Shown piece by piece: positions 20,142-30,466 of a stretch of 64,000 nt of DNA. Source of the DNA: Candidatus Multivoradales bacterium (GTDB lineage Bacteria > Acidobacteriota > Thermoanaerobaculia > Multivoradales > Multivoraceae); the NCBI GenBank assembly GCA_965223325.1, contig CBDCWI010000002.1, positions 1,632,001 through 1,696,000 on the forward strand. The letters are read 5' to 3'. Below the pieces are notes generated by a model that saw nothing but the letters and a program-made list of their open reading frames with translations, was not told where the DNA came from and made no database searches. Numbering within the stretch: position 1 is the stretch's first letter; each line of letters opens with the position of its first letter. Both the position numbers and the translations under genes were made by a program.

Positions 20142-20156
20142 CTGAACGTGAGCCCC

Positions 20157-21128
20157 TCAGGCCGGCACTGGAATCTCGGCCACCAGTTCACCCATCGCGC
20201 GACGGCGCGCCTGGGAGTCGGCCCCGGGGCGAGCGAGAATCAAGCGGTGCGCGAGAACGTCGGTGACGACGTTCTGCACGTCGCCCGGGGTGGCGAAGTC
20301 ACGCCCTTCGTACAGCGCCAGCGCCTGGACCGCCCGGTAGAGCCCCTGTACGGCGCGAGTTGAAACGCCCAGGGCAAAGCGTTCGCTGTCGCGGGTGCGA
20401 TGGGCGATCGCGAGAATGTAGTCGGCCAGCTTCTCTGCCACCTTGACCCGCGGCACGGCGCGCTGCAACCGGACCAACCGATCCGCGTCGAGGACAGGTT
20501 CGAGACCGTACAAGCGGTCGCCCACTCCGCCGTCGAGCAGCAGGTTGCGCTCCTCGGATGCCGAGGGGTAGCCGATCTGGAGCGTCATCAGAAAACGATC
20601 CAACTGCGACTCGGGCAGCGGGTAGGTCCCGTGGTGTTCGAGCGGATTCTGGGTAGCGAGAACGATGAACGGCTCGGGAAGCCGGTGGCGCTCACCCTCG
20701 GCAGAGACCTGATTCTCGCTCATCGCCTCGAGCAACGCGGACTGAGTCTTGGGCGTTGCCCGGTTGATCTCGTCGGCGAGCACGACGTTCGCAAAGATCG
20801 GTCCCCGGGTGAATCGAAACGACTCGCTGCGCTGGTCGTAGACCGAAACGCCGAGAATGTCGGACGGCAGGAGGTCGCTGGTGAACTGAATGCGCTGGAA
20901 CTGCACCCCGAGACTTGCGGCGAGTGCCCGCGCCAGGGTGGTCTTACCGACCCCCGGAACATCCTCGATCAAGACATGCCCGCGGGCCAGGAGGGAGACG
21001 ATGGCGAGGCGAATCACTTCGCGCTTGCCCCGAACGATCGACGCGACGTTGTCTTCGAGGCGCTTTAGGACTTCAGTTGGTTCGTCGAGCGCAAGGACGG
21101 TTTTCGATGATGAGGGTTCCGGCAACAT
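20157..21128 (-). CDS. MoxR family AAA+ ATPase
   Basis: HVLIEDVPGVGKT, RIQFTSDLLPSDI, LADEINRATPKTQSALLEAM, ATQNPLE and LPESQLDRF. Confidence 0.96.
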   Translation of the reverse strand: MLPEPSSSKTVLALDEPTEVLKRLEDNVASIVRGKREVIRLAIVSLLARGHVLIEDVPGVGKTTLARALAASLGVQFQRIQFTSDLLPSDILGVSVYDQRSESFRFTRGPIFANVVLADEINRATPKTQSALLEAMSENQVSAEGERHRLPEPFIVLATQNPLEHHGTYPLPESQLDRFLMTLQIGYPSASEERNLLLDGGVGDRLYGLEPVLDADRLVRLQRAVPRVKVAEKLADYILAIAHRTRDSERFALGVSTRAVQGLYRAVQALALYEGRDFATPGDVQNVVTDVLAHRLILARPGADSQARRRAMGELVAEIPVPA

Positions 21129-21406
21129 GTGAGGATCCTGAGGGGCTTTGAGGAAAAGAGAACGAGGAGGGGCGCGGTCAAGAGGGCCGGGCACCCTGAG
21201 GTCCATCCTTCATGAACCCGCTTGACTTCCTTCGGCGCAGGAGACAGGAACTTCCAAGAAGAGCGGTCAGCGAGCCGTCGCCCTACGGTCCCCAAAAACT
21301 AGGATATCGCATTTTTCTAACAAAAGCTCCCCCGAGAACCGCCTCCAGATCGTAGTCGGACTGGGTCTCTTCGACCCCCCTTGGCCTGACCGGTTCCCTC
21401 TCGGCG

Positions 21407-21955
21407 TCAGGAGGCGAGGGCCGCGTACTCGGGGTAGGCGCCCCGATCGGCCATTGGAATCGACGGCCGGACCTCGACGTGGAACCCGTCATTCTCCTGG
21501 AAGTCGACATCTTCGAGAACGATCGTCAGCTGACTCGCCGACCCCTTCTGGATGTCCGACGTATCGACGGTTCGACGCCAGTGTTGGCGCTCCTGGCCGG
21601 CGGCATCGGCCTGCGAAATATCGAGCGTCAGCTGCGGAAGGGTGTCGGCAGAGTCTGTCGACACGAGAACGCTGAGCAGTACGTCGGGGTTCGGGGGCTC
21701 GATGACCACCGCCTCCTCTTCGCTGGCCGCGTCGCCTGTGTCGGCAGTCGCCTCGTCGGTGACTTCATCGACCAGGTCGGCGGCTGCTTCACGCAGGACG
21801 AAGTTCTGGAGCTCGGCTTTGTACGCCGACCGCGCCGCCTCGAACGCCTCCTCGGGGCTCTTCTGCCGACAGGCGGAGGCAAACGCTGCGACACAGATCA
21901 AGCTGGCGGCAAGCAGCGCGCCCGTTGAGAGAGAGAAGGGGTAAGACCGTTTCAT
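21407..21955 (-). CDS. hypothetical lipoprotein
   Basis: MKRSYPF...AAFASA-C lipobox; GGAG RBS upstream. Confidence 0.7.
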   Translation of the reverse strand: MKRSYPFSLSTGALLAASLICVAAFASACRQKSPEEAFEAARSAYKAELQNFVLREAAADLVDEVTDEATADTGDAASEEEAVVIEPPNPDVLLSVLVSTDSADTLPQLTLDISQADAAGQERQHWRRTVDTSDIQKGSASQLTIVLEDVDFQENDGFHVEVRPSIPMADRGAYPEYAALAS

Positions 21956-22260
21956 CACAGATTCTCCTGGAGGGCCAACGAGCCTCTGAACGAGGGGCTC
22001 CCGGCTTCTAGTTGGCACGAACCTCGGTTCGGCGCGGTTCGCATGTTGTCGTCTTGCTCGAGTTGCGGGCAGTCTACCTGTGCTCGTCGATAGGGGATCT
22101 TCGACCGGCCTGGCCCTCCTCCGCAGCGCGGATCGGGCGCCAAAGGCTAGTCATTTGGGGGAGTTCTAGGCTAGAATTACGAGATTCAAGGCGTCACCTT
22201 CGCCATCGGCTCCACCCTCGGCGGGTTCCACATCGCCTGGGAAACACTGCCCACACCACC

Positions 22261-22707
22261 ATGAAATCCGACAAAGTCGCGCAACTCGACCAACTGCTCG
22301 GAACGGCCAGTGCCGCCCGAGACCACGAAAAGCAACGCCAGCGTGAGCGTCTGATCGAAGAACGTCGCCACCTGCATACTTTTCGCCAGCTCACCGACCG
22401 GGTCATTCGCCCGACGGTGCGTGAGTTCATGCAGCGCCTCGAGAGCGGCGGCCATCTGACCCGCCTGCGCAGCATGGCCGAGAACCGCATTCGCTTCGAC
22501 GTCCTGCTCGAGAGCGGCAGCCGGGTCGCCGGTCTGCTCGAGATCGAGCTCGTCGAGGGGAGCCGTGGCCAGATTCGCACCAAGGCGCTACGCAACCTCG
22601 GCAGCATGTTCGAGGACACGACTCCCATCGCCGAGTTCGACGCCGACGTTCTAGGAGACCTTCTGCTCCGCTTCGTGCGCGAGCTCACCTCGCTGCCGCC
22701 GCGCTAG
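22261..22707 (+). CDS. hypothetical protein
   Basis: ATG-started 148-aa ORF filling the gap before the convergent murB; no family recognised. Confidence 0.65.
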   Translation: MKSDKVAQLDQLLGTASAARDHEKQRQRERLIEERRHLHTFRQLTDRVIRPTVREFMQRLESGGHLTRLRSMAENRIRFDVLLESGSRVAGLLEIELVEGSRGQIRTKALRNLGSMFEDTTPIAEFDADVLGDLLLRFVRELTSLPPR

Positions 22708-22712
22708 CCGAT

Positions 22713-23705
22713 TCAGGCGCTCTGCGATTCCCAGAAGCGTTGGCCGAGCGATCCCGCCAGAATCACCTCGGGCATCAGTCCGATGCCGAAGCGCTCACGG
22801 ACCGCGGCGCGTGCCCGGCGCATGAGGGTGAGCACGTCCTCGGCGGTGGCGCCGCCCAGGTTGACGATCACGTTGGCGTGTTTCTCGCTGATCTGGGCAC
22901 CACCAACTCGTAGGCCCTTCAGTCCACAGGCGTCGATCAGGCGACCGGCGTGGTCGCCCTCCGGGTTCTTGAAGATCGAACCGACATTGGGCTTTCCCGA
23001 AGGCAGGCTGGCCCAGCGCTTCTTGTTGAGCTCGTTGATGCGCGCCAGGGCACGGGCACCATCGCCGCGCTCGAGCTGGAAGGTCGCAGCGAGAACCAGC
23101 TCTCCGGTCTCCTCGATCCGGGTGCGTCGGTAGCCAGGATCGAGCGCGCCAGTCGGTACCGACGCGATCACCCCCTGCCGGTCGACCAGTGTGGCGGTCA
23201 CCAGCACGTCCTTGACCTCGGTACCGTAGCAGCCGGCGTTCATGCGAACGGCACCACCCACCGAGGAAGGAAAGCCCGATAACGCCTCGAGACCGAGCAG
23301 GTTCTGCCGCGCCGTCTGCTGCGCGAGACGGGCCAGCGGAACAGCCGCTCCCGCGATCACCTGCTCGCCCTCGATGTGCCACTCCGCCAGTTCACCGGCC
23401 AGTCGCAGGACGATCCCTGCGAGGCCCTCGTCGGGAAAGAAGACATTCGAGCCGAGACCGAGAACAAAAAAGGCACACCCGGTGCGCGCCGCCAGGCGCA
23501 CGACACTCGCCGCCGCCTGTTCACTGTGGGCGGTCACCAGGAACTCTGCCGCACCGCCGATGCGCAAAGTCGACGAACGCGCCAGCGGTGCGTTGGCTTC
23601 GACCTCGAGATCGGCGATCGCTTCGAGGTCGGCACGGCGGACCGTTCCCGCCGGGTCTTCGGCGCCGCGGGGAGAGTCTCCGCGGTTGCGTTCAGTGGTC
23701 GACAT
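22713..23705 (-). CDS. murB: UDP-N-acetylenolpyruvoylglucosamine reductase
   Basis: [48 protein letters not shown] and PEV. Confidence 0.96.
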   Translation of the reverse strand: MSTTERNRGDSPRGAEDPAGTVRRADLEAIADLEVEANAPLARSSTLRIGGAAEFLVTAHSEQAAASVVRLAARTGCAFFVLGLGSNVFFPDEGLAGIVLRLAGELAEWHIEGEQVIAGAAVPLARLAQQTARQNLLGLEALSGFPSSVGGAVRMNAGCYGTEVKDVLVTATLVDRQGVIASVPTGALDPGYRRTRIEETGELVLAATFQLERGDGARALARINELNKKRWASLPSGKPNVGSIFKNPEGDHAGRLIDACGLKGLRVGGAQISEKHANVIVNLGGATAEDVLTLMRRARAAVRERFGIGLMPEVILAGSLGQRFWESQSA

Positions 23706-23781
23706 GGGTACCTGCCAGCTCCAGCGGCCCTCTGGTCCTCTGACGCCCGCTAACTCGAGCGAACAGAGAATTTACGCCTGC

Positions 23782-23810
23782 TTGACGCCTCGCCTCGAAG
23801 GCGCTACTGT
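23782..23810 (+). promoter_or_regulatory. putative sigma70 promoter of recA
   Basis: TTGACG (23782-23787), 17-bp spacer, TACTGT (23805-23810); about 100 nt upstream of the recA ATG. Confidence 0.55.
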
Positions 23811-23910
23811 CAGTCTACCCCCTACTGCACCGGAGACCCCTCGAGCGACTCTGAGATCTCCCGATGGCGGCCCACCACTTCTCCCCAAAGATCCAAGGAG
23901 CGAGTTCCAC

Positions 23911-25005
23911 ATGGCACAAAGCAAACAAGGCGACAAAGAAAAAGCGATTGATGGCGCCCTCAGTCAGATCGAACGCCAGTTCGGCAAGGGCGCGATCATG
24001 CGCCTGGGCCAGTATGAGCACGTCGGTATCGAGTCGATCCCCACCGGCTCGATCGCCGTCGACCACGCCATCGGTACCGGCGGCTTCCCGCGCGGGCGCG
24101 TGGTCGAAGTCTATGGGCCCGAGTCGAGCGGCAAAACCACCCTCGCCCTTTCCGTCGTTGCGGGCGCACAACAAATGGGTGGCTCGGCGGCCTTCATCGA
24201 CGCCGAGCACGCGCTCGACGCTGAATACGCCACCCGCATCGGCGTCGACATCGATCAGCTGCTGGTCTCACAGCCCGACAGCGGCGAACAGGCGCTCGAA
24301 ATCGCCGAGATGCTGGTGCGCTCCAACGCACTCGACATTATTGTCATCGACTCGGTGGCCGCCCTCGTGCCGCGCGCCGAGCTCGAAGGCGAAATGGGCG
24401 ACTCGCACGTTGGCCTCCAGGCCCGCCTGATGTCGCAGGCCCTGCGCAAGCTCACCGCCATTGTCGCCAAGAGCAACACCTGTCTGGTGTTCATCAACCA
24501 GATCCGCGAGAAGATCGGGGTCATGTTCGGTAGTCCCGAAACCACTACCGGTGGCCGGGCGCTCAAGTTCTACTCATCGGTGCGCATCGACATCCGTCGC
24601 ATCGCGGCGATCAAGGATGGCGATGTCGTCGTGGGCTCGCGAGCACGCGTCAAAGTGGTCAAGAACAAGGTCGCGGCGCCGTTCCGTCAAGCCGAGTTCG
24701 ACATCGACTACGGCGAAGGCATTTCAAGGCCGGGCGAGCTCGTTGACCTGGGAGTCGAGCACAAGGTGGTCCAAAAGAGCGGCGCCTGGTACTCGGCCGG
24801 CGACGTGCGTCTCGGCCAGGGACGCGAGAACGCCAAGCAGTTCATGCGCGACAATCCCGAACTCGCCTGGGAGATCGAAGTGCAGATTCGCGAAGCACTC
24901 GGTCTACCCGAGCGCGTCGGTGGCAAACCCGCCGCGGCGGGTCCTGAGGTCCCGCCGCCAGACGCCGAAGCCGCGGCAACCGGTGCCGACGCCGTAGAGA
25001 ACTAG
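23911..25005 (+). CDS. recA: recombinase RecA
   Basis: [41 protein letters not shown] and [21 protein letters not shown]; no intein. Confidence 0.99.
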   Translation: MAQSKQGDKEKAIDGALSQIERQFGKGAIMRLGQYEHVGIESIPTGSIAVDHAIGTGGFPRGRVVEVYGPESSGKTTLALSVVAGAQQMGGSAAFIDAEHALDAEYATRIGVDIDQLLVSQPDSGEQALEIAEMLVRSNALDIIVIDSVAALVPRAELEGEMGDSHVGLQARLMSQALRKLTAIVAKSNTCLVFINQIREKIGVMFGSPETTTGGRALKFYSSVRIDIRRIAAIKDGDVVVGSRARVKVVKNKVAAPFRQAEFDIDYGEGISRPGELVDLGVEHKVVQKSGAWYSAGDVRLGQGRENAKQFMRDNPELAWEIEVQIREALGLPERVGGKPAAAGPEVPPPDAEAAATGADAVEN

Positions 25006-25230
25006 CGCTTCGCGTGGTTTCGGCCGTTGTTTCGCGGGCCTTGGTCGGGGCGGCGGCGATGGTGGATTGACCATCTCGTGCTGGCCCTGCGTCGTTACCA
25101 CGCGAAGCGCTAGTGTCACTCTTGCCGCGCAGGCGGGTCCGCTGGGCGGGCAGCATGCCTCCGGCGGCCGCCCTGCACTAGCGCTCGTGGACTGCCAGGA
25201 TCCGTCGCGCGCGGCGGATCCTGGCCGCCC
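25001..25230 (+). repeat. single copy of the CTAG-hairpin intergenic element (locus 3)
   Basis: Perfect 18-bp inverted repeat at 25001-25018/25097-25114, with GTCGTTACCA and CTAGTGTCAC. Downstream GTCCGCTG and GGCGGCCGCCCTGCAC are shared with the 234-bp unit. Confidence 0.88.
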
Positions 25231-25340
25231 CGAAACGGCGCCTCCGATGCCCGACCGAATCGATGGCCTCAGCTCGCGCGGAATGCTGGTTCGGGCCGGC
25301 GGTGGCGACTGCAGCATCCGGCGCTGGTAGATTGGCGCCG

Positions 25341-27119
25341 ATGTTTCCCCTTCCAGGCCTCTCTTCTCGTTGGCGCCGGCTTTCGACCCGGCGTTCGCGG
25401 ATCGCCTCAGTCGGCGCGGTGGTCTCTTTCATCGTGCTCTTGTTTCCGCTGGTGCTTTCGGCGCAGGAGATTGGAGCTGGCACGGCGGCAGCGCCTTCGC
25501 CACCCCATTTCGGCCTGTGGTCGATCCTGCCGCCGATCGTTGCCATCGGTCTGGCGCTCCTCTTCCGCGACGTCGTAGTGGCCCTGTTCACCGCCGTGTG
25601 GACGGGCGCCTTTCTGGTCGAGTACTTCGCGCAGGGAAGCGGCTTCTTGTGGAGCCCGGTGCGCGCCCTGGGGCGCACCCTCGACCGATTCGTGCTCGAC
25701 GCCATCATCGATGCCGACCACGCAGCGATTCTGGTGTTCTCGGGACTCCTGGGCGCAATGGTTGCCGTGATCGGTCGCTCGGGCGGCGCGGTGGGCGTCG
25801 TCGAGCGCCTACGTCCCTTTGCTACCAACCGTCGACGCGGGCAACTCGCGACCTGGTTCATGGGCATTGCGGTGTTCTTCGACGACTACGCCAACACCCT
25901 GATCGTTGGCCCCACCATGCGCCCGATCACCGACAACCTGAGGATCAGTCGCGAGAAACTCGCCTACATCGTCGACTCGACGGCCGCACCGATCGTCAGC
26001 CTGGTGCCCATCTCGACCTGGATCGGCTTCGAAATCGGCATGGTCGAAGACGGCCTGCGGGTTGCGGGGCTCGACCGCGACGCCTTCTTGACGATTGTCG
26101 CCTCCATCCCGTTTCGCTTCTACCAGATCCTTGCCCTGGTACTCGGCTTGATGATCGCCATGCGCGGTCTCGACTTCGGCGCCATGCTGCGTGCCGAGCG
26201 GCGCGCCGTCGAGCGCGGTGAACTGATGGCCAGAGATGCCAAGCCACTGGCAGACTTCGAGTCCGACGGCTTCGAACCCGAAGACGACGTCACCGCCAGA
26301 GCGCGCAACGCCATCCTTCCGATCCTGACCGTCGTCGTGTTGACCGTCATCGGGCTCTGGACGACGGGTTCCAGCGGGCTCGAAACGGAAGCCATCGGCC
26401 TCGGCCGCATCCGCGACGTGATCGCCAACGGCGCCAGCACCACCGCTCTTCTCTGGGCCAGCCTTGGTGGGGTGATGGTGGCCGCCGGTCTGGCGATCGG
26501 CCAACGCCTTCTCAGCCTCGAGCAAACGACTCAGGCAGTCGTCTCGGGAATCAAAGCCATGATGACGGCCTTCGTAGTGTTGATTCTGGCCTGGGCACTC
26601 GGCGACGTGTGCGGCGCGATCGGCACCGGCCCCTACCTGCAGCAGGTCACGGAAGGCAATCTCGCCCCGGGCCTCCTGCCGACGGTTGTCTTTGTCCTCG
26701 CAGCCGCCACCGCCTTCGCCACCGGCACGTCCTGGGGCACGATGGGCATCCTCACTCCGCTGGTGATTCCACTGGCGCATGGGCTGGTGATCTCGAGCGG
26801 CGGAGCGGTCGGCCAGGGAAACTACGAAGCGGTGCTGCTCGGGACGGTCGCCGCAGTCCTCGCCGGCAGTGTCTGGGGAGACCACTGTTCACCGATCTCC
26901 GACACCACCATCCTCTCGAGCATGGCCTCGGGCTGCGACCACCTGGCCCACGTGCGCACACAGATTCCCTACGCCATGCTCGCTGGCACCATGGCGATCG
27001 CGCTCGGTTTCCTGCCTACCGGTTTCGGTCTGGCGTGGTGGATCGCCCTGCCGCTCGGCCTGATCGCGATCGTGGGCACCATCCTCCTGGCAGGCAAGAG
27101 CGCCGAAGAGACTACCTGA
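25341..27119 (+). CDS. Na+/H+ antiporter NhaC-family transporter
   Basis: WSILPPIVAI, FFDDYAN, SREKLAYIVDSTAAP, FATGTSWGTMGI and GDHCSPISDTTILSS; start uncertain. Confidence 0.9.
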   Translation: MFPLPGLSSRWRRLSTRRSRIASVGAVVSFIVLLFPLVLSAQEIGAGTAAAPSPPHFGLWSILPPIVAIGLALLFRDVVVALFTAVWTGAFLVEYFAQGSGFLWSPVRALGRTLDRFVLDAIIDADHAAILVFSGLLGAMVAVIGRSGGAVGVVERLRPFATNRRRGQLATWFMGIAVFFDDYANTLIVGPTMRPITDNLRISREKLAYIVDSTAAPIVSLVPISTWIGFEIGMVEDGLRVAGLDRDAFLTIVASIPFRFYQILALVLGLMIAMRGLDFGAMLRAERRAVERGELMARDAKPLADFESDGFEPEDDVTARARNAILPILTVVVLTVIGLWTTGSSGLETEAIGLGRIRDVIANGASTTALLWASLGGVMVAAGLAIGQRLLSLEQTTQAVVSGIKAMMTAFVVLILAWALGDVCGAIGTGPYLQQVTEGNLAPGLLPTVVFVLAAATAFATGTSWGTMGILTPLVIPLAHGLVISSGGAVGQGNYEAVLLGTVAAVLAGSVWGDHCSPISDTTILSSMASGCDHLAHVRTQIPYAMLAGTMAIALGFLPTGFGLAWWIALPLGLIAIVGTILLAGKSAEETT

Positions 27120-27371
27120 TCGGTGAATCCGGGCTCAGGGACGGGAGCGAGGAAGGCGCGGAATAGAGAGGCCCGTCCTTTGGGTTCAGGCCGGCAGGCG
27201 AAGAGTCGTTGACCCTAGTATTCTCTGGGCCCCTCGAGGCGCTCTTCCAGCCCCGCCTGCGCCCCTTCGTCTCGAACACCTTTCTCAACTCGATTGCGCC
27301 GACTACGTAAGCGAGTCGAGGCTCGCCTTCATCCATCGCTTGAGCGAAACCGCTTTCTCGGAGACTCCCCA

Positions 27372-30300
27372 ATGCCCTCCCCAACCTCCTGCTCGACTTC
27401 AACCGGTTCTCGACTCGGCATGCTGGCCGCCGTGGCCGCAGGTCTCTGGCTCGCCCTCTGCATACCGACGGCCAGGGCGCAGGAACCGTCAGACGACGAG
27501 AACGTCTGCAAGCCCTGTGCGGGCGTCATGGTCGACGACCCCGCCGTTCTCAGTCGGCTGCTTCCGCCTCAGGACGACTCGGGGTCGATCTTCGTCGGTT
27601 GGTCTCTCGACCTGGCGCGCGACGCCACCACCTTCCCCGCCGCGCTGCCCGCTCACCTGACGCCGTACGTCACCGCCACCTTTCGCATCGCTCCGCCGTT
27701 GCTCGAACGCGAAGAGGAGTTCGCCACCCAGCTCGAGCGACTCGCGAGGGCGGTGCGCGCGACCGCGAGAACAGGCGGCGAAGCCGCATGGGTCGAGCTG
27801 CGCTGGCAAGGCGAAGCCGATCGCGCAGCGACGGCAGAGGAGTTCGCCTACTTCCTCAAGCGGGCCGCCGTCGCAGTGACGGGCGCCGCCAGCGGCGCGC
27901 GGGTGGTCGTCGGACCACTCGGCACCGGTGACCTCGACTTCCTGCGCAACCTCTACAGCGCCGAGACCGAGGCCTACATCGACGCGGTCTCCTCTTCTGA
28001 GTCGTCTGCCGAAGCAGTCGAGACCTTTGCAGCGGTGGTCAACGACCTCGACCCCGGGGTCGCGGTCGTCGTCGGCCCGCTCACTCTCGGCGACGACCGG
28101 CAGCAGGCGAGTAGCGACCTGGCGGCGCTCGACTTCGAAGACGGAGAGCTGCCAGGCACCGGCGCCAGCGCCGTCGCTTCACAGGCCTTCCGAGCACTCG
28201 CGCGAACTGCCGAGATGGCTTCGGCAGGTGCCTCTCTCACACTCTTCCGTTTCGACGACCGCCTCGAGTTGAACGCCGCGAATCTCGCGCCGTTTCGCTT
28301 GCTGGCCCGTGAGTTCCGCGGCGACATTTCTCCCGACCCCTACTCTCAACCCACCGGCGCTTCGGCTTGGAGTTTCGTGCGCGGCGAAGATCTCGGCCTA
28401 CGCGTCGTAGTGGAAGCTCCGGCTGATGCCGACCGGGTGACCATTGAGCTACCCGACCCGCAGTTGCGGTCGCCGAAACTGCTCGATCCACTGAGCGGCG
28501 AAACGCAGGAGCTCTACAGCGGGCAACGCACCGGCACGGGCTACCGCGTGACGCTCGATGAACCTCCACGATCGTTCGTGCTCAGCTTCGATCGCATGAG
28601 TGCCGCCGAGGCCGCCGCGCTCCAGGGCGTCGAAGGCGTCGACGACCGGGTCGAGGTCGAAAGCACCCGCCAGATTCCGGTCGAGGAGATCCTGCGTCGC
28701 CTGCAGGCTTTCGAGGACGCGCAAGTGCGCCTGCTTGGCACCTACATCGCCAACAACGCAATGTCGCTGCGCTTCCAGCTCGGCGGCACCCAGAGCCTCG
28801 ACGCCACCTTCTCCGGAGCGTTCTTCTTCCGCCAGGGCAAGGACTTTGACTGGGCGTGGCAGGAGCTGTTCATCAACGGCGTCAAATGGCGGCACAAGAC
28901 GTTGCCCGAGATTCCGCTCATTCAACCCGAGAAGGCAACCGCGATGCCGGTCGAGATCAACTTCGACAAGCAGTACCGCTACCGCCTGAAGGGCTCGGGT
29001 ACCGCCCAGGGGAGGGCGTGCTGGGTGGTCGAGTTCGAGCCGGCAGTCGAGATCACGCCGGGTAGTTCCCTGTGGCAGGGAACTCTGTGGGTCGACAAGG
29101 AGCTCTTCGGACGGGTCAAGACCAGGGCCATTCAGCTCGGCCTCGAGGGCGAAGTGGTCTCCAACGAAGAAACTCGCTTCTACACGCCGCTCGATCGTGA
29201 CGGTCAACCAACAGAGTGGTCGAACGACGCCACCTACCTGGCAACCCGCCTGGTCGGGCAGCAGATCTTCTCGGTGATCAACTCGGCGGTCGTCGTCGAA
29301 CGTGAGCTCCTGCTGACCAACATCGAATTCGACCCCACCGACTTCGACGCCCGTCGCGAAGCAGTTCTCGCCTCTCCTGCGACCATGGTGCGCGACACCG
29401 AGAAGGGGATGCGTTATCTGGTGACCGACGATGAAACCGGCGAACGCGTGGTTCAGGAGAACCTCGACCCGAGTCGACGGTTCCTGGTCGGCGGTGCGTT
29501 CTACGACGAGTCGTTCGACTATCCCTTGCCACTGGCGGGCTTCAACTGGCTCAACTTCGACTGGCGCGGGACCGGAACCCAGACCAACGTGTTCATCGCC
29601 GGGCCGCTCATCACCGCCGACATCGCCACCCCGAGCCTCTTTGGCTCGAAGTGGGAAGCCGGAATCGACGCCTTCGCGCTCGCCTTCGCGGGTACTGACT
29701 CGATCTACCGTGGCACGCGCGAGGCCACTGAAGAAGACGTCAAGACACTACGCCCCAACATCGACTTCACGCTCGGCCGACCGCTCGGCGCGTTCAACAA
29801 GGTGCAGTTCGAGTACAGCCTCGGGTGGAACCGCTTCGATGACGACGACGGCACGTCGCCCGATTTCGTCTTGCCCGAGGACCATCTCGACCACCGCCTC
29901 GGCCTGCGTTGGCAGTTCAACCGCTCAGGCTGGAAGGCACGCGCCGGCGGCTCGTTCAACATCCGCGGCGACTGGTCCTTCTGGGGACTGCCTGACAACA
30001 CCGAATTCAGCCCTGACCAGGAGGAGTACATCACCTACGGCGCGGCGATCGGCAAGACCTGGCATCTGCCGAAGTTCATGAAATTCGGGGCCGAGATCGA
30101 GTATGTCGGTGGTGAAGACCTCGACCGCTTCAGCCAGTATCAGTTCGGTCAGTTCAGCGACATCCGCGTGCATGGGTTCCGGAGCGATCTCATTCGCGCC
30201 GAAGAAGCCTGGGGAGCCCACCTCTCCTACGGCCTCAACCTTGGCGAGGTCTTTCGCATCGACCTGCTCGGCGACGCCGCTTTGGCAAGCAACGAACAAA

Positions 30301-30455
30301 CCGGGCTCGACGAAGAGTTCCTCGCCGGCGTCGGAGTCGCGGGGACCTTCATCGGACCTTGGCGAACGATCGTCAACCTCGATGTCGGCAAGGCGGTCTC
30401 TGGCCCGGATGACGGCTACAGTGCCTTCATCGCCTTCCTCAAACTATTCAGGTAG
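27372..30455 (+). CDS. large secreted/outer-membrane protein (N-terminal alpha/beta domain, LolA-like middle, C-terminal beta-barrel)
   Basis: Signal peptide; YRYRLKGSGTAQGRACWVVEFEP..GTLWVDKE (LolA-like pattern); C-terminal about 330 aa of amphipathic strands ending AFLKLFR. Confidence 0.7.
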   Translation: MPSPTSCSTSTGSRLGMLAAVAAGLWLALCIPTARAQEPSDDENVCKPCAGVMVDDPAVLSRLLPPQDDSGSIFVGWSLDLARDATTFPAALPAHLTPYVTATFRIAPPLLEREEEFATQLERLARAVRATARTGGEAAWVELRWQGEADRAATAEEFAYFLKRAAVAVTGAASGARVVVGPLGTGDLDFLRNLYSAETEAYIDAVSSSESSAEAVETFAAVVNDLDPGVAVVVGPLTLGDDRQQASSDLAALDFEDGELPGTGASAVASQAFRALARTAEMASAGASLTLFRFDDRLELNAANLAPFRLLAREFRGDISPDPYSQPTGASAWSFVRGEDLGLRVVVEAPADADRVTIELPDPQLRSPKLLDPLSGETQELYSGQRTGTGYRVTLDEPPRSFVLSFDRMSAAEAAALQGVEGVDDRVEVESTRQIPVEEILRRLQAFEDAQVRLLGTYIANNAMSLRFQLGGTQSLDATFSGAFFFRQGKDFDWAWQELFINGVKWRHKTLPEIPLIQPEKATAMPVEINFDKQYRYRLKGSGTAQGRACWVVEFEPAVEITPGSSLWQGTLWVDKELFGRVKTRAIQLGLEGEVVSNEETRFYTPLDRDGQPTEWSNDATYLATRLVGQQIFSVINSAVVVERELLLTNIEFDPTDFDARREAVLASPATMVRDTEKGMRYLVTDDETGERVVQENLDPSRRFLVGGAFYDESFDYPLPLAGFNWLNFDWRGTGTQTNVFIAGPLITADIATPSLFGSKWEAGIDAFALAFAGTDSIYRGTREATEEDVKTLRPNIDFTLGRPLGAFNKVQFEYSLGWNRFDDDDGTSPDFVLPEDHLDHRLGLRWQFNRSGWKARAGGSFNIRGDWSFWGLPDNTEFSPDQEEYITYGAAIGKTWHLPKFMKFGAEIEYVGGEDLDRFSQYQFGQFSDIRVHGFRSDLIRAEEAWGAHLSYGLNLGEVFRIDLLGDAALASNEQTGLDEEFLAGVGVAGTFIGPWRTIVNLDVGKAVSGPDDGYSAFIAFLKLFR

Positions 30456-30466
30456 AACCAGAGCAG

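Noticed and set aside
16951-21128. MoxR-DUF58-transglutaminase triad as a novel system
   Set aside because: A widespread, already described gene arrangement.
22012-22028. Sigma54-like TTGGCAC
   Set aside because: No -12 TTGC at the required spacing.
23761-23775. Possible LexA box GAAC-N7-TTAC upstream of recA
   Set aside because: Only a partial match to GAAC-N7-GAAC/GTAC-type boxes, and no second instance was found by eye before other repair genes.
23242-23910. N-terminal extensions of the RecA ORF (and of the dehalogenase ORF from 56909)
   Set aside because: They overlap murB or the upstream membrane gene; better starts exist at 23911 (AAGGAG RBS) and 57353 (ATGA coupling).
25001-25114. 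Integron attC interpretation of the stop-codon-anchored hairpins
   Set aside because: No RYYYAAC/GTTRRRY ends, no integrase, and the upstream genes include core recA.
27120-27300. Structured-looking spacer after the NhaC gene (6S RNA or riboswitch?)
   Set aside because: Only short GC-rich complementarities expected by chance; no family motif set recognised.
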